Source of the DNA: Ylistrum balloti
Taxonomy: Eukaryota
Reading direction: 5' to 3'
DNA length: 64,000 nucleotides
Assembly: GCF_031769215.1 (NCBI RefSeq)
Contig: NW_026782116.1
Coordinates: forward strand, 1,488,001 to 1,552,000
The position numbers and the translations under genes are program-made. The notes beneath the pieces are model-generated. The model had not been told where the DNA came from. It saw nothing but the letters and a program-made list of their open reading frames with translations, and searched no databases. Positions 35,697 through 47,400 of this stretch are shown here, in pieces. Position 1 is the first letter of the stretch; every line of letters starts with the position of its first letter.

Positions 35697-38035
35697 AAAC
35701 GATTTTCGTTGAATTCCAAACTCATTTTGTTTGTATTATTCACCAAAATAGCCACGTGTTTATTTGTAACACAACGGAATTCCTTTCATGTAAATGTTCA
35801 CACGATCACATCATCATACGTTTAATTAAAAAATGCGGTTTTACCAACCTGATATTGTGAGTTTCATTTCATTTCAAAACCCAACAAAATGATTTTATAG
35901 GATTGAACAGAATTGTTTTTCAGTGATAAGTAATGACAATTATCTAACACGTGATCAGGTGTCAATCGGAGGTTACCAGCAATAAATGATTTACGGTAAT
36001 TTACTATCATGTCAATAATTCATTATTATGACTATGTTGTGGCTAGGAACGATATTGTAACGAGTTCCATCTATTCTAACTTTCTATGTTAAATTTGTTT
36101 TTTCAAAAATTGATAGAAAAGAAATAAAGCTATTGCAGTTTAGTCTACCTGTATTGACCAAATTAAGTGCATATACTTAATAAATTAATTATACTATTGC
36201 ACATGCATATGGTTCTATGGGGATTTGAACAGCTTAGGGCAGTTGATATACATTTCATGGGAATGGGAAGAGCTTAGAAATTTATACACTAGTGTAGCTA
36301 GATAGTAACTGTTTTCGATCACCTTTGGAATTTCCTCCTATGCTTCAAGATTTATATTCTTATCATAACTGACCATTCCTTAAAGGACGAAACACCTGTT
36401 TCATACGGTTTAATTCATTATTTGACTTAACTCTTAACTTAACATCAAACTCTAAATTGTATTAAAGATAGTATTGACATTTTGTCTTTTATACAACTTT
36501 TAATAGTGTTTTATAGTCGGTGAACAATTTTTAAAAAGTGTATGCTAAGAATATCATTATTTCTTAATGATGAAAAATGAGGGAAAATATATGTTGCAGC
36601 TTTACATAGAACATGTTCAATTCCCTTTCTTTTATCTGCCTGAAATAACGATTATATAAACACTTCAAACGATAATTCTTCAGCTTCAATAGCACAAAAA
36701 AAGTACTCAGATTCATTTTTAAAGCATTTTGGACGGAGGAGAAAATCGCACTATCATATAATGTGAATAACCAATAGTGCAGGGTTTTATCTTAGGCCGA
36801 GGATGTGTTCTATGAAATGATATAACTTATTTCGTGTGATGAGCTGTTGTGAAATAAACATAATCGTTCATCCATTCAAAATATTTGAACTACACGTCAT
36901 TAACAAAACAGTAATATATCTCACGAGATTGTACAGAAGTTTACAGGGATATTGTGGATACCATTAAAACAATTGCTCGGTGTCCCTGTAGAGTTTCAAT
37001 AGCGCTGTGGTTGTTATGTTGGTAGGAATGACTTATGTGGCCATCAACCTTCCTAGTGTCTTCCGATAGTTCATTTACCACTTTGGGAATATTCGCCGGC
37101 AATAGAGATTACAATCCAATATATAACATTCTTTAATGTATTGATGACAATAATCCTCATGCGTTACTGACAGAGGTCTGATATTAATTCTGCTCAGTTG
37201 GTACACAATTTGTAAGGATAGACAAAACACATGATACATATAAATCCCTTCACAAGTGAATATTTAGACATGTAGGAATAAGGTTACAGATTTCGATAAT
37301 GGACAAAAAACAGTTCATTTATGTCTAGAAATTCGACAAAGTCAATACTTCAATATATACCTATAGAGAAATATTTCGACAAATTAAGAATAGAAAACTG
37401 GTGCTATAGTTGTGTCATACATTCACAATAGATCAGAAGGATATATACACATATTAATGTAGTGTCTGAACGAATCAGTATATCAAATTTCCCCTTCCTA
37501 CAGAAAAAGTATTCATTCACAAATGCAAGACCATATATGTGTGCTATGTCTCCTTTATAATAAAGCATTTAAGTTCGCGAGCCAAAATTGTACAATTTAC
37601 ATGTATAGAACTATATATGTAAAAAAAATCATTTGTTAACATTGGAACTAGTGTTAATCACAGGGACCAAACCAACTAAGGCTAGCACAAGCACGGAATT
37701 GAAATATTCAAACGAAATAACATATTCGTAAATCATTGGCATTATTTTTTTTATTGGAAAACGATACATGCCATTTTCATTAAAATAATGATTACATATT
37801 TCAATCATCTTGGCACAAGTCATCAACCTGTCACCACGAAGGCACAGGACGACATATCATCTGCTTTTAAAACTGGATGCGCAGTGAATATGTCGTCAGA
37901 ACACTGAAGTTCGTTGATGAGACAACGCCAAATAATAGGGATAATAAGAGAGTCAATGGGACACAAACCTGTAATTATCTAAAGCGCAATGTGTCATTTC
38001 CCCCGTGGATTGCCGGAGTAGTAGACATCGTTACC

Positions 38036-39118
38036 ATGAACGTTACTCTTCAAATCAACGTTTCTGTTAATAGTAGTAATGAAACGGTAGATTCTGAGGC
38101 TCTTTCAAGTTTTTTGTCAGGGAATAGATTTGTCTTATACGGAATAGTATTCCCAATCATCGTATCTTTCGGGTACCTGGGCAACATACTGACAGCTATT
38201 GTGCTATGGAAAAAGGAAATGGCTTCCACGAATAACATCCTCCTCCGTGCGCTGGTTCTTTCCGATATTGCTATGCTTACAATAGGTCTCATTGCTCTGT
38301 CATGTCCCATGTTGTTGATGAAAGCGTTGGACTATGACCTTGTCATAAACGTGCTTAATAGTTTAGGATTTTCGACAATTAATTATTTTATGATGACCTC
38401 ACAGCAATTTAATATATATATCCTCGTGTCCATCTCTGTGGAGCGCTACATTGCAGTTTGTCAGCCACTCAAGTACGCCCATTATAAAAGTAAACGAAAG
38501 ACCATCATTCTCGTGTGTGGGATTATCACTTGTTCTATCCTTTACAACATTCCTCGTCTGTTTGCATCAACAGTCCGACCCACTACATGCATGAACGTAA
38601 ATTCCTCTTTAACATGTTATGAGTTGCTATACACAAACTTCGGGGAAAGCTATTTCTTCCAGGAAGTGTATTTGGTATGGATATATGGTGGAACGTATTT
38701 TGTTCTTCCACTTGCTGTGTTGCTAGTTATGAATATTTTTATTATAAAAGAACTGGAAAAGATGATGAAGATGCGTAAAAGCCTTGGTGTTATCAATTCA
38801 CCTAACGCAAAGAAAGACAGCATTTCACTTAGTCTTGTCATAATTATGACAGTGTTCGGCGTGGTCCAAACTCTAGGCTTTTTCAACCAGTTCCCAAACT
38901 TAATGGCCGACGATATTGACAAGAAAACCTACGGAATGATAGTCAACACACTGTATGCAGTTAACTCGAGTATCAATATTTTGATCTATGTAGCTGTGGG
39001 AAAGAAATTCAGGAGGCACGTCGCAGAGCTTTTAAAGGAATGTTTTCATTGTTCTTCTTGCGTTGCAGTTTCCTCCCAACATTATCAGGTGACAGAGGTT
39101 ACCAGCAGCAGACTTTGA
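38036..39118 (+). CDS. Intronless class A GPCR, tandem paralog of 34632-35696, 360 aa
   Basis: Same motif set: GYLGNILT, LVLSD, ISVERY, NSSINILIY..VGKKFRR. The MNVT start is equivalent to the paralog's. Confidence 0.93.
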   Translation: MNVTLQINVSVNSSNETVDSEALSSFLSGNRFVLYGIVFPIIVSFGYLGNILTAIVLWKKEMASTNNILLRALVLSDIAMLTIGLIALSCPMLLMKALDYDLVINVLNSLGFSTINYFMMTSQQFNIYILVSISVERYIAVCQPLKYAHYKSKRKTIILVCGIITCSILYNIPRLFASTVRPTTCMNVNSSLTCYELLYTNFGESYFFQEVYLVWIYGGTYFVLPLAVLLVMNIFIIKELEKMMKMRKSLGVINSPNAKKDSISLSLVIIMTVFGVVQTLGFFNQFPNLMADDIDKKTYGMIVNTLYAVNSSINILIYVAVGKKFRRHVAELLKECFHCSSCVAVSSQHYQVTEVTSSRL

Positions 39119-41544
39119 GTACTTTATTAGAGGTAAACCAGCAGCAGACATTGAATACTTTATTAGAGACTTACCAACATCAGACTTTGAGTACTTTATT
39201 AGAGACTTACCAACATCAGACTTTGAGTACTTTATTAGAGACTTACCAACATCAGACTTTGAGTACTTTATTAGAGGTAAACCAGCAGCAGACTTTGAGT
39301 ACTTTATTAGAGGTAAACCAGCAGCAGACTTTGAGTACTTTATTAGAGGTAAACCAGCAGCAGACTTTGAGTACTTTATTAGAGGTAAACCAGCAGCAGA
39401 CTTTGAGTACTTTATTAGAGGTAAACCAGCAGCAGACTTTGAGTACTTTATTAGAGACTTACCAACAGCAGACTTTGAGTACTTTATTAGAGACTTACCA
39501 ACAGCAGACTTTGAGTACTTTATTAGAGGTAAACCAGCAGCAGACTTTGAGTACTTTATTAGAGACTTACCAACATCAGACTTTGAGTACTTTATTAGAG
39601 ACTTACCAACATCAGACTTTGAGTACTTTATCAGAGGTAAACCAGCAGCAGACTTTGAGTACTTTATTAGAGGTAAACCAGCAGCAGACTTTGAGTACTT
39701 TATTAGAGGTAAACCAGCAGCAGACTTTGAGTACTTTATTAGAGGTAAACCAACAGCAGACTTTGAGTACTTTATTAGAGGTAAACCAGCAGCAGACTTT
39801 GAGTACTTTATTAGAGACTTACCAACATCAGACTTTGAGTACTTTATTAGAGGTAAACCAGCAGCAGACTTTGAGTACTTTATTAGAGGTAAACCAGCAG
39901 CAGACTTTGAGTACTTTATTAGAGTTAAACCAACAGCAGACTTTAAGTATTTTATTAGAGACTTACCAACAGCAGACTTTGAGTACTTTATTAGAGACTT
40001 ACCAACAGCAGACTTTAAGTACTTTATTAGAGGTAAACCAGCAGCAGACTTTGAGTACTTTATTAGAGGTAAACCAGCAGCAGACTTTGAGTACTTTATT
40101 AGAGGTAAACCAGCAGCAGACTTTGAGTACTTTATTAGAGGTAAACCAGCAGCAGACTTTGAGTACTTTATTAGAGGTAAACCAGCAGCAGACTTTGAGT
40201 ACTTTATTAGAGACTTATCAACAGCAGACTTTGAGTACTTTATTAGAGGTAAACCAACAGCAGACTTTGAGTACTTTATTAGAGGTAAACCAGCAGCAGA
40301 CTTTAAGTACTTTATTAGAGACTTACCAACAGCAGACTTTAAGTATTTTATTAGAGACTTACCAACAGCAGACTTTGAGTACTTTATTAGAGACTTACCA
40401 ACAGCAGACTTTGAGTACTTTATTAGAGGTAAACCAGCAGCAGACTTTGAGTACTTTATTAGAGGTAAACCAACAGCAGACTTTGAGTACTTTATTAGAG
40501 GTAAACCAGCAGCAGACTTTGAGTACTTTATTAGAGGTAAACCAGCAGCAGACTTTGAGTACTTTATTAGAGGTAAACCAGCAGCAGACTTTGAGTACTT
40601 TATTAGAGGTAAACCAGCAGCAGACTTTGAGTACTTTATTAGAGACTTACCAACATCAGACTTTGAGTACTTTATTAGAGACTTACCAACATCAGACTTT
40701 GAGTACTTTATTAGAGGTAAACCAGCAGCAGACTTTGAGTACTTTATTAAAGTTAAACCAACAGCAGACTTTGAGTACTTTATTAGAGACTTACCAACAG
40801 CAGACTTTGAGTACTTTATTAGAGGTAAACCAGCAGCAGACTTTGAGTACTTTATTAGAGGTAAACCAGCAGCAGACTTTGAGTACTTTATTAGAGGTAA
40901 ACCAGCAGCAGACTTTGAGTACTTTATTAGAGGTAAACCAGCAGCAGACTTTGAGTACTTTATTAGAGGTAAACCAGCAGCAGACTTTGAGTACTTTATT
41001 AGAGGTAAACCAGCAGCAGACTTTGAGTACTTTATTAGAGTTAAACCAACAGCAGACTTTGAGTACTTTATTAGAGACTTACCAACAGCAGACTTTGAGT
41101 ACTTTATTAGAGGTAAACCAGCAGCAGACTTTGAGTACTTTATTAGAGTTAAACCAACAGCAGACTTTGAGTACTTTATTAAAGTTAAACCAACAGCAGA
41201 CTTTGAGTACTTTATTAGAGGTAAACCAACAGCAGACTTTGAGTACTTTATTAGAGGTAAACCAACAGCAGACTTTGAGTACTTTATTAGAGGTAAACCA
41301 GCAGCAGACTTTGAGTACTTTATTAGAGGTAAACCAGCAGCAGACTTTGAGTACTTTATTAGAGACTTACCAACATCAGACTTTGAGTACTTTATTAGAG
41401 GTAAACCAGCAGCAGACTTTGAGTACTTTATTAAAGACTTATCAACAGCAGACTTTAAGTACTTTATTAGAGGTAAACCAGCAGCAGACGTTAGGTACTT
41501 TATTAGAGGTTTACCGACAGCAGACTTTGAGTACTTTATTAGAG
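39094..41544. repeat. 36-bp satellite, about 68 copies, starting inside the GPCR2 coding end
   Basis: Unit agaggtaaaccagcagcagactttgagtactttatt, with interspersed variants (agagacttaccaacag/cat, agagttaaaccaacag). No spacers. Confidence 0.97.
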
Positions 41545-41975
41545 CTTTTGTTGGAGATATATCAAGAACAGAGTTTGAGAGTTTTTGTTGGAGACATACC
41601 AAGAACAGACTTTGTGTGTTTTTGTTGGAGATATACCAAGAACAGACTTTGTGAGTTTTTGTTGGAGATATACCAAGAACAGACTTTGTGTGTTTTTGTT
41701 AGAGATATATCAAGAATAGACTTTGTGTGTTTTTGTCGGAGATATATCAAGAATAGACTTTGTGTGTTTTTGTTGGATATACATACCAAGAATAGACTTT
41801 GTGTGTTTTTGTTGGAGGTATACCAAGAACAGACTTTGTGTGCCCATATCGGTGATTTACCAAGAACAGACTCTGTGTGCCCATATCGGTGATTTACCAA
41901 GAACAGACTTGTGTGCCCATATCGGTGATTTACCAAGAACAGACTTTGTGTGCCCATATCGGTGATTTACCAACA
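41545..41975. repeat. Two related ~37-bp arrays abutting the 36-bp satellite
   Basis: gatataccaagaacagactttgtgtgtttttgttgga to about 41835, then gtgtgcccatatcggtgatttaccaagaacagact(ct). Both share the acca..a.cagacttt core. Confidence 0.9.
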
Positions 41976-44227
41976 CCGTACATTGATTGCTCTTATTGAA
42001 GTTCTGGAAATTTTAAAGTTTATTTTTAATATTGTACATTCCAAACAAACAACCAACTTGCGTAAATTAAATTTAATGTAAATGTGTAGTATTATGTTTT
42101 AATATCGCTAGGATAATCAGCTTTTTATCATTCTGCTGTGATGGAGTTTGCGCAAGCTAAATGATGTACCAAATAATTTGTACTTTACATTTTTAATTCA
42201 ACGGGATCCGTGTTCGATGTTTAACACAATTTTTTTAAAATTCTTATATATATAAATAATTGGAAAACAAACAAATGCTGTACAATAAATGTAGTTTAGT
42301 AATGTTGATATTGACAACCAATCCAGGCACTGGAACTTCACCTTGTCCTTGCCCTTCTACCTGGTTGTAAGGGTGATTGATATCCTTGTGTTCTAGCACT
42401 TTAATTGCTTCATCGGAAAAAGTATTATGAAATGATTGTGTGTTGCTGTTGTGAATGTTACGGTTGCTTGTTTTGTCCTGTATAACACAGGCATCAAATC
42501 ATTTGTCGGATCACTATCCATGACGAACCAATTTCCTCAAGAAGTCATGTCAATCCTTAGTAAAAAAATCAACTTAAATTATGTATTCAAATTTAAAAAC
42601 GAGGGCAAAATAAGAACAAAAGACTGATGAAATCAGATATACTTGAACATGTAAAAGAAGAATAGGAATATTATCTGGTAGAGTATGGTGCTTCATAATG
42701 TCATTCTCCGATGAGAAATACGTGTAAAAATAAATGAATGATATATCTGAATATCCACAGTATCAAAAACATATTACAGCATAGAGGGTGTACTAAGACG
42801 ATCACATATACAATGGTGGGAGTAAGATATTTTCTTATAAATACTTCAAACTACATATAATATATCTTCCGTTTTGCTTCCTTAATAAGTTTCACACGTT
42901 TCCTATTGTTGTGTTGCTACATACATTTTTTTCTTGCATTTTTTGTTGTTTCTTTACGATAAATCCTTTCAAAATTAATTTTCGTCGGCAGAGTTCCTAT
43001 ATTTGGCTTATTTTTTATCCGTCATCTGTTTTGTGTGCCTATTATGATTTTTAATGACAATCAGTAGTTTCGCGCACCCTCAAGATGATTTAATTCTTCT
43101 TCCTCCACTTGACTTCTCTAACCGTAAAATTCTGCGTTTCGATATTAGTTTATCAGGTTTTCATAACCGAGCTTTATATTCATAAATGTGCAAAACTCAG
43201 AATTCCGTGACGCTAATTTCTATAGTCCTCTTAATACACGATATCTCACCATGTTTTATCATTTACAATGATCTGTATTCTTATCACATATATTACGTTT
43301 ACTTATCTCTACTTTTATTATAAAACATATTTTACATCATTTTACCGATGGATTGCTCATTGTCTACATGAAGATCAAATCTGACAGATGAAGGATCTTT
43401 CATTAATTAACAAAAGGAATATCGGATAAAATATATATAAGACAAAGAAAATTTTCGGCATATGCAATATAGTTATTTCTAGTTAGGAAAGATACTTTAC
43501 CAGCAGGCTGAAAAAGACATTTCCCATCGAAGCTTATCATACGGTGTCCTCTAGTCTCATCAAATTTTCAATTTTGTATGCAAAGTTTTTTTTTCACTTG
43601 GTAAGTTCAGTTATTGCAATGAAAGGAGCTGTTTCATTTCAAACAATGTGTTTTCCCTTCACCATACACTTTTTTTAAAACATTCACTTAAATAACTTGA
43701 CCTACATCAGTTTTTTACATCCTAATTAATACAAGGCATTGTCACAAAGCGAGGTAAAATGTGTACTTGTTTGTGGGCTTCACAGTTGTGTAAAACAAAG
43801 CAGTAATGGCTGTAAATAGCAGTGAAAATCTAATCAACAGCATGTTCAGGATTCATTTTTTATTATCAACAAAAAAACAGATCGTATTGAAGTCTCAAAC
43901 TGCTGTTTGACTCAAGTCTTCAATATTAGTAACAAACTTATAAAAACAACACAAAACGATGCAGAAATATCTGTAATTAATCTTTTTGTTTCTCAGAAAC
44001 ATGTTCATGATAAACAATGACTGCTTGCTCAATATAAAGTCTTTGTACCATACTGTCTGCATGCATAAACTGGTATATTAGAAGTGAGGACTTTCATTTT
44101 ATTTTTTTTTTAATCAACGCTACTTAATACTTGTTGATTGGATGACACATTTATCAACACACAAATTTCTGTTTGATTAGATTGTTAGAGTGACAGTATA
44201 CCACTTCAATGAATATATTATCTGATT

Positions 44228-44463
44228 GAAAGTTTCACTTTCTAATTGGATGTCTACCATTAAGCTGTCTGATTGGCTGATCAGCTTTCAATAATATAAC
44301 TGAATTTGTCACTTTCTATCCTTTGATTGCATGACATATTTCATGGAAAGTTTCACTTTCTAATTGGATGTCTACCATTAAGCTGTCTGATTGGCTGATC
44401 ATCTTTCAATAATATAACTGAATTTGTCACTTTCAATCCTTTAATTGGATGACAAGCTTTCAA
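44228..44463. repeat. 118-bp direct duplication immediately 3' of SNAPC4
   Basis: gaaagtttcactttctaattggatgtctaccattaagctgtctgattggctgatc occurs at 44228 and 44346. Confidence 0.9.
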
Positions 44464-44471
44464 CTGTCTGA

Positions 44472-47400
44472 TTAACTTCTGATAGTCTGATTGGATGTGA
44501 CACTTTTTGATGTCTCTGTCGTCTGATTGGATGTGATACCTTCTGTCGTCTGATTGGATGTGATACCTTCTGTCGTCTGCTTGGATGTGACACTCTCTGC
44601 TGTCTGATTGGAGGTGACACTCTCTGTTGTCTGATTGGATGTGACACTCTCTGTTGTCTGCTTGGATGTGACACTCTCTGTTGTCTGATTGGCTGAAACA
44701 TGATCTGTTCGACTGACAGGTATTTGGTCGGTTGGTAATGACTGACTGTTTCTTGCAGGAGAGCAGAAGGAAGTTAAGTGATTGGTATTGATGAGAAGCG
44801 TCACTGGGAAAACACCTGAAATCAGAACAACAAGGATATACATCATTCAGTTTCTGTAGCTCACAGGTGTGACACTGATATTCAACTAGTCTCTAGAGAC
44901 AAATGTCAGGAATTTACTGTGCAAAGCGGTGTGAAATCTGCTTAAAAACCTGTGGGAAAATAAAAGAACATATTTCCTATCCATTTGGTCTATTAGATAA
45001 TGATTCTAAAGTAATGTAAAGCATATCATACCAACAAATCAAACATAGAAAAGCAACTGCAAAAGACCAGTTCTGAAGCAGAAAAATATAGAGATCCTTT
45101 CAGGAGTTTACTTTTATTATTGTGGTCTACAATTATCATAATTCTGATCATTTTATTCAACAAATATGAAAAAGCATATGCTGTCTTTATTCAGAGAGAA
45201 AACTAAGCATTTCATATATTTATCCCAAAAATGTCAGAAAAATAAAAAAAAAAAAAAAACATGTAGATACTTGGAAAACCAGATATGATTTTGATATTTC
45301 CTTGATGGTACACCAGATATTACAACTTTATATCTCATTGATTATTCATTTTATGTTTTCACAGCATGTCAAAGAGGAAGAATGGGAATTTGAAGCATTC
45401 CTTATCAATCCCCAAGAGCTTCAAAAGAATAAAATTTGAACAGTTATTTGTATCTGGTGCACTAATAATAATTCATCAAGTCTCAGAATTCTTTTTTCTT
45501 TTTTCAAAATGAGGCACAGAAAGTGCAGGAATCTTCTACTGTACAATACTGACCTTCTTGGTTGGGAACTGCAGAGGTCATCTGGGCAGTGCTTTGGGCA
45601 AGTTGTTCTACAGGAATTGCAAAAACCAAATGACCTTCCAGTCCAGGATGTGTAAATGGCACTGCCACATTGGAAGGAGAACCTGTTGTTAAAGGTCCAC
45701 CAATCACTCTAAGTCCACCACCAGGTGTAAGACTGCCAGCAGCATCAGGACCAGATTGGACAGAATTTATTCCCTGCTGTGATGGAATACTCATCCCAGG
45801 GAACACAGTGCAAGGCCCTGTTACTGTGGATGGCTGCAGTCCCGTCCCTATATGAATACTTGCAGAGCTAGATTTGATTGGTTCTGATGTCACTGCTGCA
45901 TGTGAGACTTCTCCATGATGAATGGCAGCAGAGTTGAACTGAAGAGGTGTAACAGATTCTAACGTTGTGTGGTCATTTTCATCTGTACATATATCTATAC
46001 TGCCCCCGTCAGTTCTGCTACTTTCAGAATTTTCTGTTGCCTGTATTTTCCTTTTCTTAGTAACACTTGGTCCAAGAGGCTGTTTCTCTGAAGACATCAC
46101 AGATTTTCTTTTGGAATGGTAAACCCCTTGGGTGCTCTCATCCAATTCTATTGGTACTTCTAGTGGCAAGTGACTGTCATCTTCCAAACTTGTATCAGAA
46201 TGAATCAAACCATCATGATTGATGTCTTTCCCTTTTTCTTCTATCACTTTATGAGTACCACTTTCATGGTCAGAAATATGGAGATCAACAATTTCGCTTG
46301 GGTTCTGATCTTGAATCACAGCATTTCCGGTACCAAGATCATTTTGAAAACTGTTTCCCGTTAACTCCTCATCTGAAAGATTTTGGTCATTGTTTGCTTG
46401 GTCAAGTTTCTCCACTTTCACTAGAACATCCATGTCAATGTTTCTTTTACAGACTCTTTTAGGAGCTGATTTTGAGTCCAATGCTTGTGAAGAGTCTGGC
46501 ATTACAACATTTGCCTTTTTAGCAATTCTAGAACTTTGGCGTGTTGGATGCAACCTTTTCTTCAGTGGTTTTGCTTTTGCACTCATATCATTCACAGAAA
46601 TACCTTTAAGCAAAGGAAAATCATAACAATCATGAGGCTACACACAGTTAATTTCAACACATTTCAAAACAGTATCTGCAGTTGCATGAAAACCAAGAGA
46701 CTTCTTATATTTGATCTTAGGCCAAAAAGAATTTTTTCCAATATTACCAAACATAAAACCAAAATAGGTTGATTTGGGATTTTTCAATAGGCATATTAGG
46801 TATAATGGCCAACATCATCATTCACATAGCTGTTTGTTCATGTCCTTGGCCACTTACCTTTTTCACGAAGTTCTTTGTTAAGGCGCTTGGTAACAATCCT
46901 TTTACGAATGATTTTTTGTCTGTATTCCTTGTCTAGAAGCTGATTACGATAGAAGCATTTTCCTTTAGTACAAGGGTACCTAAAATATTAAGATTCAAAG
47001 AAAATTTGGGACTGGTAATTTAAAGCTTATCAATCATTTATAAGTTATATACCTATTGGCTAAGATTTAGGATACTCAAAGACTTGTAACAAAGATTGTT
47101 CTGGAGGGATGTGCTCTCTGGTACCAAATCATACATAAGTCTTGTGGCTGTCCTTTAGGGTAGTCTCTATCTAGTACCTAATGCAAACATATATCCTGTG
47201 TGTTGCCCTGTAGGGTACTCTCTGTCTAGTACTCAAGTCATACATATACACTGTGTGCTGTCCTCAAGAGTACTCATTGTCTAGTATTTAAGTCACATAT
47301 ATATCTTGTGGACTGTCCTTGAGAGTACTATCTGTTTAGTACTTAAGTCATATATATATCCTATAGGCTGTCCTTGAGGGTACTTGCTGCCGTTAAGTGT

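Noticed and set aside
37877-38035. 53-aa N-terminal extension of GPCR2, and a similar 14-aa one for GPCR1
   Set aside because: The paralogs align from MNV(S/T) with ACCATG context. The upstream in-frame sequence is not shared.
39094-41544. CRISPR array (36-bp repeat length)
   Set aside because: Units are head-to-tail with no unique spacers, there are no cas genes, and the context is eukaryotic. The same applies to all other arrays.
39032-41892. 950-aa (+) and 856-aa (-) ORFs
   Set aside because: They are products of a 36-bp unit (a multiple of 3) lacking stops in those frames. They have no unique domain, and their ends overlap GPCR2 out of frame or antisense.
42300-43250. Coding-looking minus-strand stretches between GPCR2 and SNAPC4
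   Set aside because: Multiple stops and no diagnostic motif. At most they are old retroelement debris.
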